Made by a program: the position numbers and the translations under genes | Notes under the pieces: model-generated | Database searches by the model: none | Told to the model about the DNA's origin: nothing | The model's input: only the letters and a program-made list of their open reading frames with translations | In this document: one piece after another, positions 40,695 to 61,801 of the stretch | Layout of the letters: each line of letters starts with the position of its first letter | Numbering within the stretch: the stretch's first letter is position 1 | DNA from: the human T2T-CHM13v2.0 reference genome, Homo sapiens | Length of the DNA: 64,000 nucleotides | Reading direction: 5' to 3' (one strand) | Assembly (NCBI RefSeq): GCF_009914755.1 | Contig: NC_060933.1

Positions 40695-41120
40695 GCATAG
40701 CTTAACTGGGTCCTCTGCTTCAGTCTCTCACAAGCCAAAATCAAGGTATCAGCCCAGGGTCTGTGGTTTCATCTGAGGTTTCAACTGGGGAAGGTTCTGC
40801 TTCCAAGCTCACTCAGTGATTGTTGGCAAGATTCATTTCCTCATGCTCTTTTGGACTGAGAACTTCAGTTCCTCACTGGCTGTTTGACACAGGTCACCTT
40901 TAGTTCCTGGCCATGTGGGGCCTCTCCAGTGTAGCTGCTTCATAAAAGTGTGAACACAAGGCAATAGAAAGTCAGCTAGCAAGTCACAAGTAATAATCTT
41001 TTGTAACTTACTCATGGAAGGTGACACACCTCAGTGTTGCCCTATTCAATTGGTCAAAGACAAGCTGCTAAAGTGAGGCAATTACACAATGTCATGAATA
41101 TCAGGAGGTGGGGCTGCCAC
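40695..41120 (-). mobile_element. MLT1E/F-type LTR, remaining ~420 nt
   Basis: gcttaactgggtcctctgct...ctggggaaggttctgcttccaagctcactcag...ggactgag...catgtgggcctctcca. Confidence 0.78.
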
Positions 41121-41450
41121 CCTGTCCTCAGAATATCTAGTTCTCTGGGTCAGATTATTTTTAATTCCTGAAATCCAAATATATTTCCTGCTAAACAAAT
41201 ACTTTAAGCATACTGTTTCCCACCAACTCTTTGGAATAATGATAATTCTTAGGTGAAAGCAGAGTTCCTTGCCTGTTTCTACCCAGCACTAAGGCAAGTT
41301 TCACACCATTTAAGCCACAGTGGGGTCCCTGTAGAGCTGTGTGCCTGCCTTTCTGTGTGCTTTTTCCCTCCTCGTGGAATAATTTTTCTTCATCTATTGC
41401 AGAAACTCTTACTCATCTTTCAAGATATAGCTCATGAAACACCTTTCAAG

Positions 41451-42863
41451 GTGGTCAGCAATTGACTCCTGGAAGCATGTTCCTGAAAGATTGCCTGAGA
41501 ACCTCAGGGAAGGCCACGTACCTTACATAAAAGGTGACCAGCCACAAGGTTATGAAAAACCAACAGAACCAGGGCCTATAAAAAAAATGCAGAATGCATA
41601 GCATTGACCCTGAGCTCAGTGCACATCTAGGTGGCATCAACCCTAATAAGACTCTAACCAAAGCCATAAAAAAGAGTGTCCTTTTACCTCCTTCATGATA
41701 CTCCTGCTCATTGAGGAAATCCAGCCCCCTGGTCTGCCTATTTTCCAGGGACTTGCTATTGCTTTAGAAATCCAGTACCTCACTGCAGGGCTCTTGGAGC
41801 CTGTTGATAGCCAGCCTAGCCAGTCACCTGGCAGTAACTTACATGCTATTTTTAGTTTCCATTTCTGTAGACCAACTGTCCCTCCATTCACCATGTTTAT
41901 CCAGCACAGCAGCACTAGCCTCAGTCATCTCAGGAAAGCATGGCCATCCTAAATTAACAGAACTATTTTGGGTTTTTCAAGTACTGAAACTAAATCCTCC
42001 TGGCCTCAGCTCTAGACTATGAGGCATGAGGAAAGTCCTGCTGCTGTATAATATTTACTGAAAGCTCGAAAATCTCAATATACATGAGAATAAAATTATG
42101 GCATGATCTTCAGCCTCTGGGGGTCTGGGCTGAAGTCTTCATTTAAAGCCACGGTGCTGACTTCCCACAGAAGCAGAGCAACAGTTAAAGAACATCACAC
42201 CATCAGTGATTGGCTAGTGGGATTGCACTTAGGAAGCAAAGTTTTTCAGCAAAATGGAGAGGCACTCCCTGTTCTCTGCACTAGGTCCCTGATGAACAGA
42301 TTCAGTTCCCATTTAATGCAATTATTACACCCCATGTAAATCACCATCCACTTGTTTGCTTCTTTTATAAACATTTGCTGAGTGTAGCCTGTGCAGTTGA
42401 GGTGACTGTTTTCTTGGACAAACAGAGGTAATGGAGAGAGGTGGGGAGGTACCAGGTAGACCCTGAAGGGGTCTAAAACTAAAAATAGCCTGTAGGCTAC
42501 TGCCAAGTGACAGAATGGCTGAGTAGGAACAGGCTTCAAGAGCACTGTAGTAAGGCACTGGATTTCCTAAGGAACAGCCAGTCACTGGAGAACAATCAGA
42601 CCCCTTGGGGCTTGGATTCCCTTAAAGACCGCAGAGGATAGGGACTCCTTTTGATGGTTTTTGTTAAAAGTCTCAGGGTTGATGCTGATGTGAACAGTGA
42701 GCTCAGGATTTGTGCCATGCATTCTGTACTTTTTATAGACCCTAGTTCTGTTGGTTTTCCATACCCTTGAGGCTGGTCAACTTCTATGTTAGGTATGTGG
42801 CTTTTCATAAGGCTCTCAAACAATTCTTCAGGCATATGTTTTCAGGAACCAATTGTCAACCAC
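41451..42863. repeat. Long imperfect inverted repeat: arms 41451-41916 and 42401-42863, ~485-bp spacer
   Basis: Reverse complement of the right arm aligns to the left arm: ~27 mismatches in the first ~133 nt ungapped; later blocks such as gaaatccagt.cct.act.cag.gctcttg.agcctgtt and gctatttttagttt. Confidence 0.88.
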
Positions 42864-43774
42864 TCTGAAAATTTTCACCTGTAAGTGTAGATACTGTTGC
42901 TAAATTTCTCCAGCTTAGACCCAAGACAGAGGATGTGCATTTTCAAAGCTTCCTACTTGTGCCCCGCCACAAGTCTAAAGGACACAACATAAATGCAGGG
43001 GACTGTTGATTTTGGTAGTGATGGTCTCTCTTTTCTAATCATTGTGGTTGCGGAAACTGGCTAAATTCCAAAATTTTGTAGCTCTCCTCTGTGATCAGAA
43101 AAATCACCCATACTTAGCATATGGGTTACCTGTTCTCATCCTTGCTAGCCCTGACTCACAGTTCAGGCTCTACTTCTGGGGAAGCAGAGTGGGTGTGATG
43201 AGCTGAAGACTTTGTAGTTCCTGGAATTCAGTTTGAAGATTTGGTCTGATCAGTCTTTCTGGCCCAATTTGAGAAAAAGAAAGAATCATGACACCATTAT
43301 CTCAAACATTTTATGTTGTCCAGTCATCTTTGTAACATTCATTCAACAAAGTATATAGAACACATGCTCTGTGGAAGGCAGTGAGTACTATCTCGATTTG
43401 TTTTCCTCTGTCCTGTTCTCTATGAAAAACTGGGGCTTCATTTTCTTCCTATTGAACACCCTGTGGTTGCTTCCACCCATTCTCCCTTTCAGAGATTTCT
43501 TTTATTTGTTTTTGCCTAATGAAGCTCTGTCACTTTTAACAGGAAATCACTGTCATTCTTTTGAGTCTTCCAAAAAGTTGTCACCCCCATATCAAGAATC
43601 AAATGAAAGCAAAGGCTCATCTTTTATATTTGCATTTAACATAGCAGTATGAGAGAGCTCTGGTTGCAACTGATTAGGAGGCTGCTCATCAGACTTTCAC
43701 AGCTACTTATCCTTATAGAGAGAGGTAAAGGAGGGAGGTTCCCTAAATGCTTTCTTATTTCTTCTTTTCCTTCT

Positions 43775-44570
43775 CTTTTTTTTTCCTTCAACTTTAAGTT
43801 CTGGAGTACATGTGCAGGTTCGTTACATAGGTAAATGTGTGCCATGGTGGTTTGCTGTATAGATCAACCCATCACCTAGTCATTAAGCCCAGCATCCATT
43901 AGCTATTCTTCCTGATGCTCTTCCTCTCCCAGCCCTGCATGACAGGCCCCAGTGTGTGTTGTTCCCCACCATGTGTCCATGTGTTATCGTTCAGCTCCCA
44001 CTTATAAGTGAGAACATGCAGTGTTTGGTTTTCTGTTCCTGCGTTCGTTTGCTGAGGATAACGGCTTCCAGCTCCATCCATGTCCCTGCCAAGGACATAA
44101 TCTCATTCCTTTTTATGGTTGCATAGTATTCCATGGTATGTATGTGCACAATTTTCTTTATCCAGTCTACCATTGATGGGCATTTGGGTTGATTCCATGT
44201 CTTTGGTATTCTGAATAGTGCTGCAATGAATATATGCATGCATGTATCTTTATAATAGAATGATTTATATTCCTTTGGGTATGTACCCAGTAATGGGATT
44301 ACTGGATCAGATGGTATTTCTGCTTCTAGATCTTTGAGGAGTCACCACACTGTCTTCTATAATGGTTGAACTAATTTACACTCCCATCAACAGTGTAAAA
44401 GCATTCCTTTTTCTCCACAACCTGGCCAGCATCTGTTGTTTCTTGACTTTTTAATAATCGTGATTCTGACTGACGTGAGAGGTTATCTCCTTGTAGTTTT
44501 TATTTGTGTTTCTCTAGTGATGAGTGATGTTGAGCTTTTTTTCATGTTTCTTGGCCATATGAATGTCTTC
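43775..44570 (-). mobile_element. 5'-truncated L1PA (L1PA11-13-like) 3' end
   Basis: ORF2 C-terminus ([15 protein letters not shown]) and 3'UTR aagcccagcatccattagctattcttcctgatgctc. Confidence 0.85.
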
Positions 44571-45059
44571 TCCTTCTCCTGCTGCAGAACAGCTCCCCCT
44601 GCCTCCCACTTTACCCTTACAAATAAGCAAGTTCTCTGCAGAGAAATGTGTGTGTTTTGTATACACACACACACACATACACACTGCCTGCATATATCTT
44701 ACTACCTTACAGATACATCTAGAGAGGTTTTTTTGTTCGTTTTGTTTTTGGCTGCAGTAGTACCAAGGAAAGATTCAGGCTATAATCTGCCTTCATTTTC
44801 TTTAGTTTATATAGCCAGATGACCCTAATCTACCTTCTTATCCCACTTTTTGAGGTTCTTTTTGAGTCCTCACCACAAATTATCTGACTTTTCATCCTTG
44901 TTAGGAAGGCAGAAATTCCCAGTTTTCAACCAAAAAAGTAATCATTAGGCATAATTTGTGGCACCTTTGTCATTTCATTTCTTTACAATTTCTTTTTCTT
45001 AGAACTTCCTCCAGCACAATGGAGGCCAGTCTTTCTCATCAGGTATTTGTTTTTGTTGT

Positions 45060-47199
45060 TTTTTTAAATTAATAAGCTTTATTTTTTAGAGCAGTTTTAG
45101 GTTCACAGTAAAATTAAGTGGAAAGTACAAAAAGCTTGCATATGCCCCCACCCCAGCAAAACCTTCCCCACTATCAACATCCTGCACTACAGTCCTAAAC
45201 TTGTTTCCACTGATGAACCTACATTGACACATCATTATCACCCAAAGTCCATCATTTACATTAGAGTTCACTCTTGGGGAAGTGTGCATTCTATGGATTT
45301 TGATAAGTATATAATGGATAGTAATACTGCATAAATGTATAAATATATATATTTTGATAAGTGTGAATCGACCCTTGTTAGTATCATGTAGAATAGTTTC
45401 ACTGCCCAGAAAAAAAAATTCTCTGTGCTCTACCTATTCATTCATCCCTCCCCGTAACCTTTGGCAACTACTTACCCTTTTACTGTCTCCATAGTTTTAC
45501 CCTTTTCCAGAATGTCATATAATTGGTATTATACAGTATGTAGCCTTTTCAGATTGATTTCGTTCACTTAGCAGTATGTATTTAAGGTTCTTCCATGTCT
45601 TTTTTTTTTTTTGAGACAGGGTCTCATCCACCCAGGCTAAAGTGCAGTGGTACAATCATGTCTCACTGCAGGCTTGACCTCCTGGACTCAAGCAATCCTC
45701 TCAGCTCAGCCTCCCAAGTAACTGGGACCACAGGTGCACACCACTATTCACAATGGCAAAGACATGGAATCAACCCAAAGACCACCTTCCGTGTCTTTTC
45801 ATGGCTTCATACCTCGTTTCTTTTTAATGCTGAGCAATATTGCATTGTATGGACATACTAAAGTTTATTCATCTATAGAAAGACATCTTGGTTGCTTCCA
45901 AGTTTTGGAAATCATGAGTAAAGCTGTTATAAACATCCATGTGGTTTTTGTGTGGCTATAAGTTTTCAATTCATTTGGATAAATACAAAGAAGCTCACTT
46001 GCTGGATCATATGGCAAGAATATATTTAGGTTTATAAGAAATTACCAGCCTGTTTTCCAAAGTGTTTGTGCTATTTTCCCACCAGCAATGAACGAGAGTG
46101 CCTGTTGCTTCCACATCCTTGCCAGCATTTGCTATTGTCAATGTTTTGGATTTTGGCCATTTTAATAGCTATGTAATCTTGTCTTGTTGTTTTAATTTGC
46201 AGTTCCCTAAGGACATATGGTGTGGAACATCTTTTCACATGTTTACTTGCCATCTGTATACCTTCTTTGGTGAGGAGTCCAAGTCTTTTGCCCATTTTTA
46301 AATTCAGTTCTTATTTTATTATTGTCGAGTTTTAAGAGTGCTTTGTATACTTTGGATAGCAGTCCTTTACCAGATGTGTATTTTGCAAATATTTTCTTCC
46401 AGTATGTGGTGTGTCTTCTCATTCTTTTGACATTGTCTTTCAGAGAGAAGACTTTTTTCATTTTAATGACGTCCAGCTTATCAATTATTTCTTTCACAGA
46501 TCATGACTTTGATGTTATACCTAAAAAGTCATCATCATACCCAAGGTCCATTAGGTTTTCTCCTATGTTATCTTTTGGGGTTTTTTAGGTTTCTGTTTTA
46601 TGTTTAGGTCTATGATCCATTTTGAATTAAGTTTTGTAAAGGATGTAAGGTCTGTGTCTAGGTTCATTTTTGCATATTGATGTTCAGTTGTTCCAGCACC
46701 ATTTTCTCCTTTGTCAAAGATCAGTTATATTTCTGTGGATCTGTTTCTGGGCTCTCTATTCTGTTCCATTGATTTATGTGTTCTTCACCACTACCACACT
46801 GTCTTGATTACTGTGGCTTTATAATAAGTCTTGAAGTTGAGTAGTATCAGTCCTCCAACCTTGGTCTTCTCCTTCCATGTTGAGATAGTCTTTTACCTCT
46901 CCATCTAAACTTTAGAAGCAATTTGTCATTATCCATAAAATAGCTGCTGGAATTTTTATTGGGATTGCATCAAAGCTGTAGATCAAGTTGTGAAGAACTG
47001 AGATCTTGACAATATTGTCTTCCTATTCATGAATGTTGAATATCTTTCCATTTATTTAGTTCTTCCTTGATATCTTTCATCAGGGTTTTGCATATGTATA
47101 TATTTATTTGTTTTCCTCATAAAGATCTGGTACATAGTTTGTTAGGTTTATACCTATGTATTTCTTTTTTCCTTTTGAGTGCCAATGTAAACAGCAATT
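45060..47199 (-). mobile_element. L1MC1/2-type 3' region with nested Alu/L1 chimeric insert at 45601-45785
   Basis: ttttagagcagttttaggttcacag 3' end; degenerate ORF2 C-terminus. Confidence 0.78.
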
Positions 47200-49430
<2,231 letters not shown>

Positions 49431-49819
49431 GGATATGCTTTTTCAATCCACTCGTTTCTCACCTCTTTCTGGAGTTTCTTATATGTACCCCACTGCCTGC
49501 CCAGGATCTAACCAATTCACCATTTGAGATTTGTTGCTCCAGACATTTTGTTCCTGTTGGATTGACTCTGTTTTTTTCTCTTTGTTATAGCATGAGTATA
49601 TCACAAGTTATTTAGTAATTCCCCTAATAGGGGGAATTACTAAATAAGTTGTTTCTGCCTCTTAATCACCATAAACAATGCTCCAACAAACATTCATTTA
49701 GATATGCCTGCAGGTCAGAAAGGATCAGCCTCTCACATAGCACAGGGTTTTATCCAGTCAAAGGTAAGTTAGTAGTGTCCGTTTTCACTAGACCTTTCAA
49801 TCACACAGACTCTTCTTAA

Positions 49820-50230
49820 ATTTTTATTATTATTTTTTAAAATTTTTGTGGGTACATAGTAAGTGTATATATTTAAGGGGTACTTGAGATGTTTTCATAC
49901 AGGCATGCAATATGAAATAGGCACGTCATGGAGAATGGGGCATCTGTCCCCTCAAGCATTTATCCTTTGGGTTACAAACAATCTAATCTAATTATTAACA
50001 CATTTTTCAAGTTATTTTAAAATATACAATTATTACTGATTATAGTCACCTTATTGTGCTATCAAATAGTAGGTCTTATTAATTAATTCTATCTTTTTGA
50101 ACCCATGAACCATTTTCACCTTCCTCTCAAACCCCACATCCTTCCCAGCCTCTGGTAACCATCCTACTCTATATCTGTGAGTTCAATTTATTTGATTTTT
50201 AGATTCCACAAAAAAGTGAGAATATACTAT
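49820..50230 (-). mobile_element. L1MA1/2-type 3' end
   Basis: tttgtgggtacatagtaagtgtatatattt...catggagaatgggg.atc..tcccctcaagcattta. Confidence 0.8.
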
Positions 50231-50392
50231 CACACACTCTTAAGCTTGAGAATTCTGTTCTTGCATCACTGCAGTCAAGGACAAAGCTTACCTATACTCC
50301 ACAATATTCTTCTTGTCTTTTAGAGGTAACCAACTTTAAACAAAATGACAAAAGTGTATTTCTTTAATAAAAAATGTAAAATGATCCTAAGG

Positions 50393-50665
50393 CTGTATTT
50401 TTCAAACTGCAGGTCCAGGCCTATTATTGTCACAAAATCATTTTAGAGAGTCACCTTTAGAGATTTTTTTTATTGAAATATGATAGAAAATATTAGAGAG
50501 CATCACATATAATAAAAGTAGGATTGTTTCACAAAACTTTGAATTCAGTTACAGATCTATAAACATTTATAAAAATATATGGCAGGATCATTTCATAAAT
50601 TATATTTCTTACTATGGGTCACAGTCACTACATAGTCACAGTGAAAAAAATGGAAAAACATACCG
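50393..50665 (+). mobile_element. MER103C-like hAT-Charlie DNA element
   Basis: tttttcaaactgcaggtc...aaatcatttag...agaaaatattagagagcatcaca...atttcttactatgggtcacagtc. Confidence 0.7.
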
Positions 50666-50918
50666 TGAAAGATTTCTGAGGAAAGCACTGGAGCCTTGAC
50701 AATTTAATTGGTCATGTGGAATGTATGCAGTGAAGGATTGTGTTCAGTTTTACATTTTTCCACCAGGTGTGTCGGTTCCTCTCAGGTGGGGACATGCTTC
50801 CTCACCTAATCATAGAGCACATCTGGTGCTCATGAGGCATGTGGGCAGTGTCTGGGGCCTATCGACCCAGCCTCTCATTTCAAGAACCTCCTAGGTCAAT
50901 AGCCTAAGCAAAAGCTCG

Positions 50919-50973
<55 letters not shown>

Positions 50974-50992
50974 CTCTCTCTCTCTCTCTCTC
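50919..50992. repeat. Compound (TC)n(AC)n(TC)n microsatellite
   Basis: Direct reading. Confidence 0.95.
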
Positions 50993-51895
50993 ACTCCTTC
51001 CAAGTCCCTAGCTGGATATTCCAGTTAGGTCCATGGACTTTTAAAAAGAATTTGAAAGAAAGCATGAGCATTCCAGATGTTTATGACAGAAAGGGATCTC
51101 TGTGACTCTCGGATCCAATACACTTACCATATGACCTAGCAATTAAAGCTCCTTTGTATTTACCCCAAAAATTGAAAACCTATATCCACACAAAAACCTG
51201 CACATGGATGTTTATCGCAGCTTTATTCATGATTGCCAAAACTTGGAAGCAACCGAGATGTCCTTCAGTAGATGAACAGATAAACTGTGGTATATCCATG
51301 CAATGGAATATGACTCAGCATTAAAAAGAAATGAGGTGTCACACCATGAAAAGACATGGAAGAACCTTAAGTACATATTACTAAGTGAAGAAGTCAATCT
51401 GAAAAGGCTACATACTGTATGGTTCCAACTATATGACATTCTGGAGAGGGCAAAACTATGGAGACAGTAAAAAGATCCATAGTCAACAACAAAAATCTCA
51501 AAAGGCCCAATTCAAAAATGGGCAATGTGTTCAAATAGACAGACAGTCTCCAAAGAAGATACACAGATGGCAATAAGCACATGAAAAGATGCTCAACATC
51601 ATTACTCATTAGAGAAATGCAAATCAACACCACAATTATACACCATACCACTTAGAATGACTATTATTAAAAAAAAGAAAGAAAGAAAGAAAGTGTTCTG
51701 TAGGATGAAAAGAAATTGAAACCCTGGTGCATTGCTGGTGGGAATGTAAAATGGTACAGCCATTTGAAGAAACCAGTTTGGCAATTCCTCTATTAATTAC
51801 CATAATGATTCAGCAATTTTACTCCTGGGTATATACCCAAAGGAAAACAAAGCAGGGACTCAGATACTTCCACACCGATGTTCATAGTAGCATTA

Positions 51896-52348
<453 letters not shown>

Positions 52349-52740
52349 TTACACTAAGTGAAATAAGCCAGACACAAAAGGACAAATATTGTATGATTTC
52401 ACTTATATGAGATACTTAGAATAGGCAAATTCTCAGAGACAGAAAGTGGAATTGAGGTTACCAGGGTCTCAGGGTTTTGGGGAGGGATGAGGGAGTTATT
52501 GTTTAGTAGGTACAGAGTTTCTGTTTGGTATGATGAAAAAGCGTTTGAAATAGATAGTGGTGGTGGTCACACAACATTGTGAATGTATTTAATGCCAACA
52601 AATTCTACACTTAAAAATGGCTAAAATGGTATGCTTTGTGTTATATATATTTTTACCATAATTTTTTTTAATGCTCAGTGATTACCAGGGATTTGGGGGA
52701 AGGGAGAGAGGGACTGAATAGGTAGAACACAGGGGATTTT

Positions 52741-52927
52741 TTTTTATATACTTTAAGTTCTGGGGTACATGTGCAGAATGTGCAGTTTTGTTACATAGGT
52801 ATACAGGTGCTACAGTGGTTTGCTGCACCCATCAACCCATCACCTACATTAGGTATTTCTCTTAATGCTATCCCTCCCCTATCTCCCCCTCCCTGACAGA
52901 CCGTGATGTGTGCTGTTCCCCTCCCTG
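52741..52927 (-). mobile_element. Short L1PA (PA7/8-like) 3' fragment
   Basis: actttaagttctggggtacatgtgcagaatgtgcag; TSD ~ga(a/g)cacagggg.tttt. Confidence 0.75.
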
Positions 52928-53248
52928 GAGCACAGGGGGTTTTTAGGCCAGTGAAATTATTCAGTATGATACTGTAATGGTTGATACATGTCATTATACA
53001 TTGGTCAGAACCCACAGCATGTATAACACAAAAAGTGAACCCCAATGTAAATGACAGGCTTTAGTTAATAATAATGTATCAATATTGGCTCCTCAATTGT
53101 AACAAATGTATTACAGTAATGCAATATGTTAATAATAAGGGAAAGTGTGTATGTGGGCCAGTGGCAGGAGGGGAATATATAGGAACTCTCCATACTCCAC
53201 TCAATTTTTCTGCAGACCTAAAACTGCTCTAAAGAATAAATTTTTTAA

Positions 53249-59382
<6,134 letters not shown>

Positions 59383-61099
59383 AAAGAATAATTTTTTAAA
59401 AATAAGACCACAGTATGAGTATTTTTATAACAGCTTTTTGGACTACTGTGTTCATACATTATTAACGTCTTTCCAGGGATTCAGCCTGGACAGGCAAGGA
59501 CAAATATAGGGTGATGATAGGAAGGTTAACTAAAGGATAATGAGGCTGCTGGAAGAGGATGAGACTCAGAGCATGTGGAAATTTAGGGGCAGAGGATGTT
59601 TTCTAGTCCTTCTAGACTTTTACCCCAAGCCCCACAGAGGAGAGGGACTAGAATTTGAGTGGATGAGTGGAGATAACTGAGCCCTTGTGTCTGAGGATCT
59701 CCAACAAGATGGAATTTTGAGCAGAGCAAGGAGTTTCTGCTCCTGCTCAGGGACTCCCAGTCCCTGGAGGGTGGCAAGAGGGTGGCATGACAGGACTGAA
59801 CAAAACAAGGTGATGCTTCCACTTTCACTTCTGCACTCAGCATATTCTATGACTTCCCTGCTAGGGGTGAGCAGGTACAAAAGTCGAGCAATCATGGTGG
59901 CCAGTTGCCTGAAATTACCATAATCAAAATCTGCTGGGGCATGTAGGAGCCTGTGGGGGACCAGGGGAAGGACCTGCTCCACCCACCCTAAACCAAGATG
60001 TGTGTACATTAACCCCGGATTCCCACTTCATGCTGCTGTGACCCTTCTGAGTCACTTTCTTTCACTCTGTGTCTTCCTCCTACATGGCTTTCTGCCCAAC
60101 TCCCACTAGGCAGGCAGGATGTGCTTAACACAAAACCTCCTTTGATCTTTGGGGATGCTTTAGGCAAATACCTGTTAAGTGTTGGCTCAGTAGGCCTAGA
60201 CCTTGTGACTTCATGGCCTGGAGGCCATCTAGGGACTGGGCCCCCATCCCTTAGGCACAGAACCATCATTCAGAGGACAGACACATCCATGCTTCTTCCT
60301 ATCTGGGCTTTCTGCATCTTTTCAGAAGGACACATTATGCTTAACGCTGAGGTCCTGTCCGAGGAAGAAAGTCCTGCCACCTCCTCCTTCTGATGATGGG
60401 ATGATGGATAATCCTGGATCTCCTTAGGAACCAGGGGCATCCCAACTGTCTCTCACAACATGTCATAAAGAAGTCATTTCACTTCTTGCCCTTTCTTCAG
60501 CTCTTGGCTCCTCTGCGGTAGGTTGGAAGCAGAATGCAAAGGTGCCACCCTCTGAGGAATATCAGGTGGCCAAAGCAGAGGTCCCTCCCATCTGCTCAAG
60601 GCAGCCTCTGTCTTCCTGCTTCCCAGTCCACTTCTCCCACCCAGATAGCCTCCCTGGTCCTTTACCTCACTAAGCACTAGGAAGCCACCCCTGCCCTGTT
60701 TCTCCATCTCCAGCCCCATGCTCTTGCTCAGGCTCCATGCATTTAGAGCTTTCTCTGTGATCTCTCCTGCTGGTACAGTGTTCCAAGAGCACCTGCTGCA
60801 CAGATATCAGCAGCAGGCTTTGACCACCTTTCCCTGCCCACCTACACTCTCACACTGCCACCAACTGCTTGGGCCCTAATAGTAACTTTCAGAATCTCTC
60901 TCCACACCCAGCTCTCTGGCTTTGGTTCTCCATACCATTCCCCCTGCCCATACCCATGGTCCCTTCCTAGCTCCTCACTCGTCCCTCTGGGTCTGTGCCC
61001 ACACTCCCTTATATGTGGAGGAATTCTTTCTTCTTCTAATCCATTATCTCCTCCATCATTAACTCTACTTCTCCCTACCAGCAGAAAAATGTCTGCTTT

Positions 61100-61753
61100 T
61101 AGTAAAATCCAGCTCCTTGACTTGGGTACTTGCCCCCCACTTCTTCACTTCCACACCACAGCGTTCTTCCAGAAATTCTCCCCTTGCTGTCTTGCTTATC
61201 CCTCTTGACTGGATCTTTTCTATCACCATCCAACCATCCAACAGACTAAATCTCCTGTCTTAAAAAAAAAAAAAAAAACTCCTTCTGGATCCCACTCTCC
61301 CCTCCTTCACCTCTATGAAACAAAAGTCCTTGAAAGAGTTGATTACACTTGCTGTCACCAACTGCTCATCTTCCATTATCTCTTGAATCCACTCCAGTCA
61401 CATCGGTTCCTCCACCTGAGGCTATTCTTCTCAGGGTCATTAGTGATCTTTATATTGCTAAATCTAATGGTCAACTACAAGTCCGCATCTTAATTGACTG
61501 ATTGGCAACTTGTCATTCCATTGGTCACCTTCTCCTTAAAACACTTTCCTTTCTTGGCTTCCAGTATGACACTCTTCTAGCTTTCCTCCTGTCTTGCTGG
61601 CTGCTGTGTCTCAGTCTCCTCTGCCTACTGGTTCTTCCTCTTCTTCTCAATCTTTTAACATTAAAGAGTCCCAGAGACCAGTCCTTAGATCTCTTTCATT
61701 TACACTCACTCCCTTCGTGGTCATATCTAGTCTCATGGTTTTATATCTATCTA

Positions 61754-61801
<48 letters not shown>

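Noticed and set aside
42596-42835. 79-aa ORF in the right arm of the inverted repeat
   Set aside because: The other arm lacks the ATG and shifts frame at an A run; mismatches are mostly non-synonymous.
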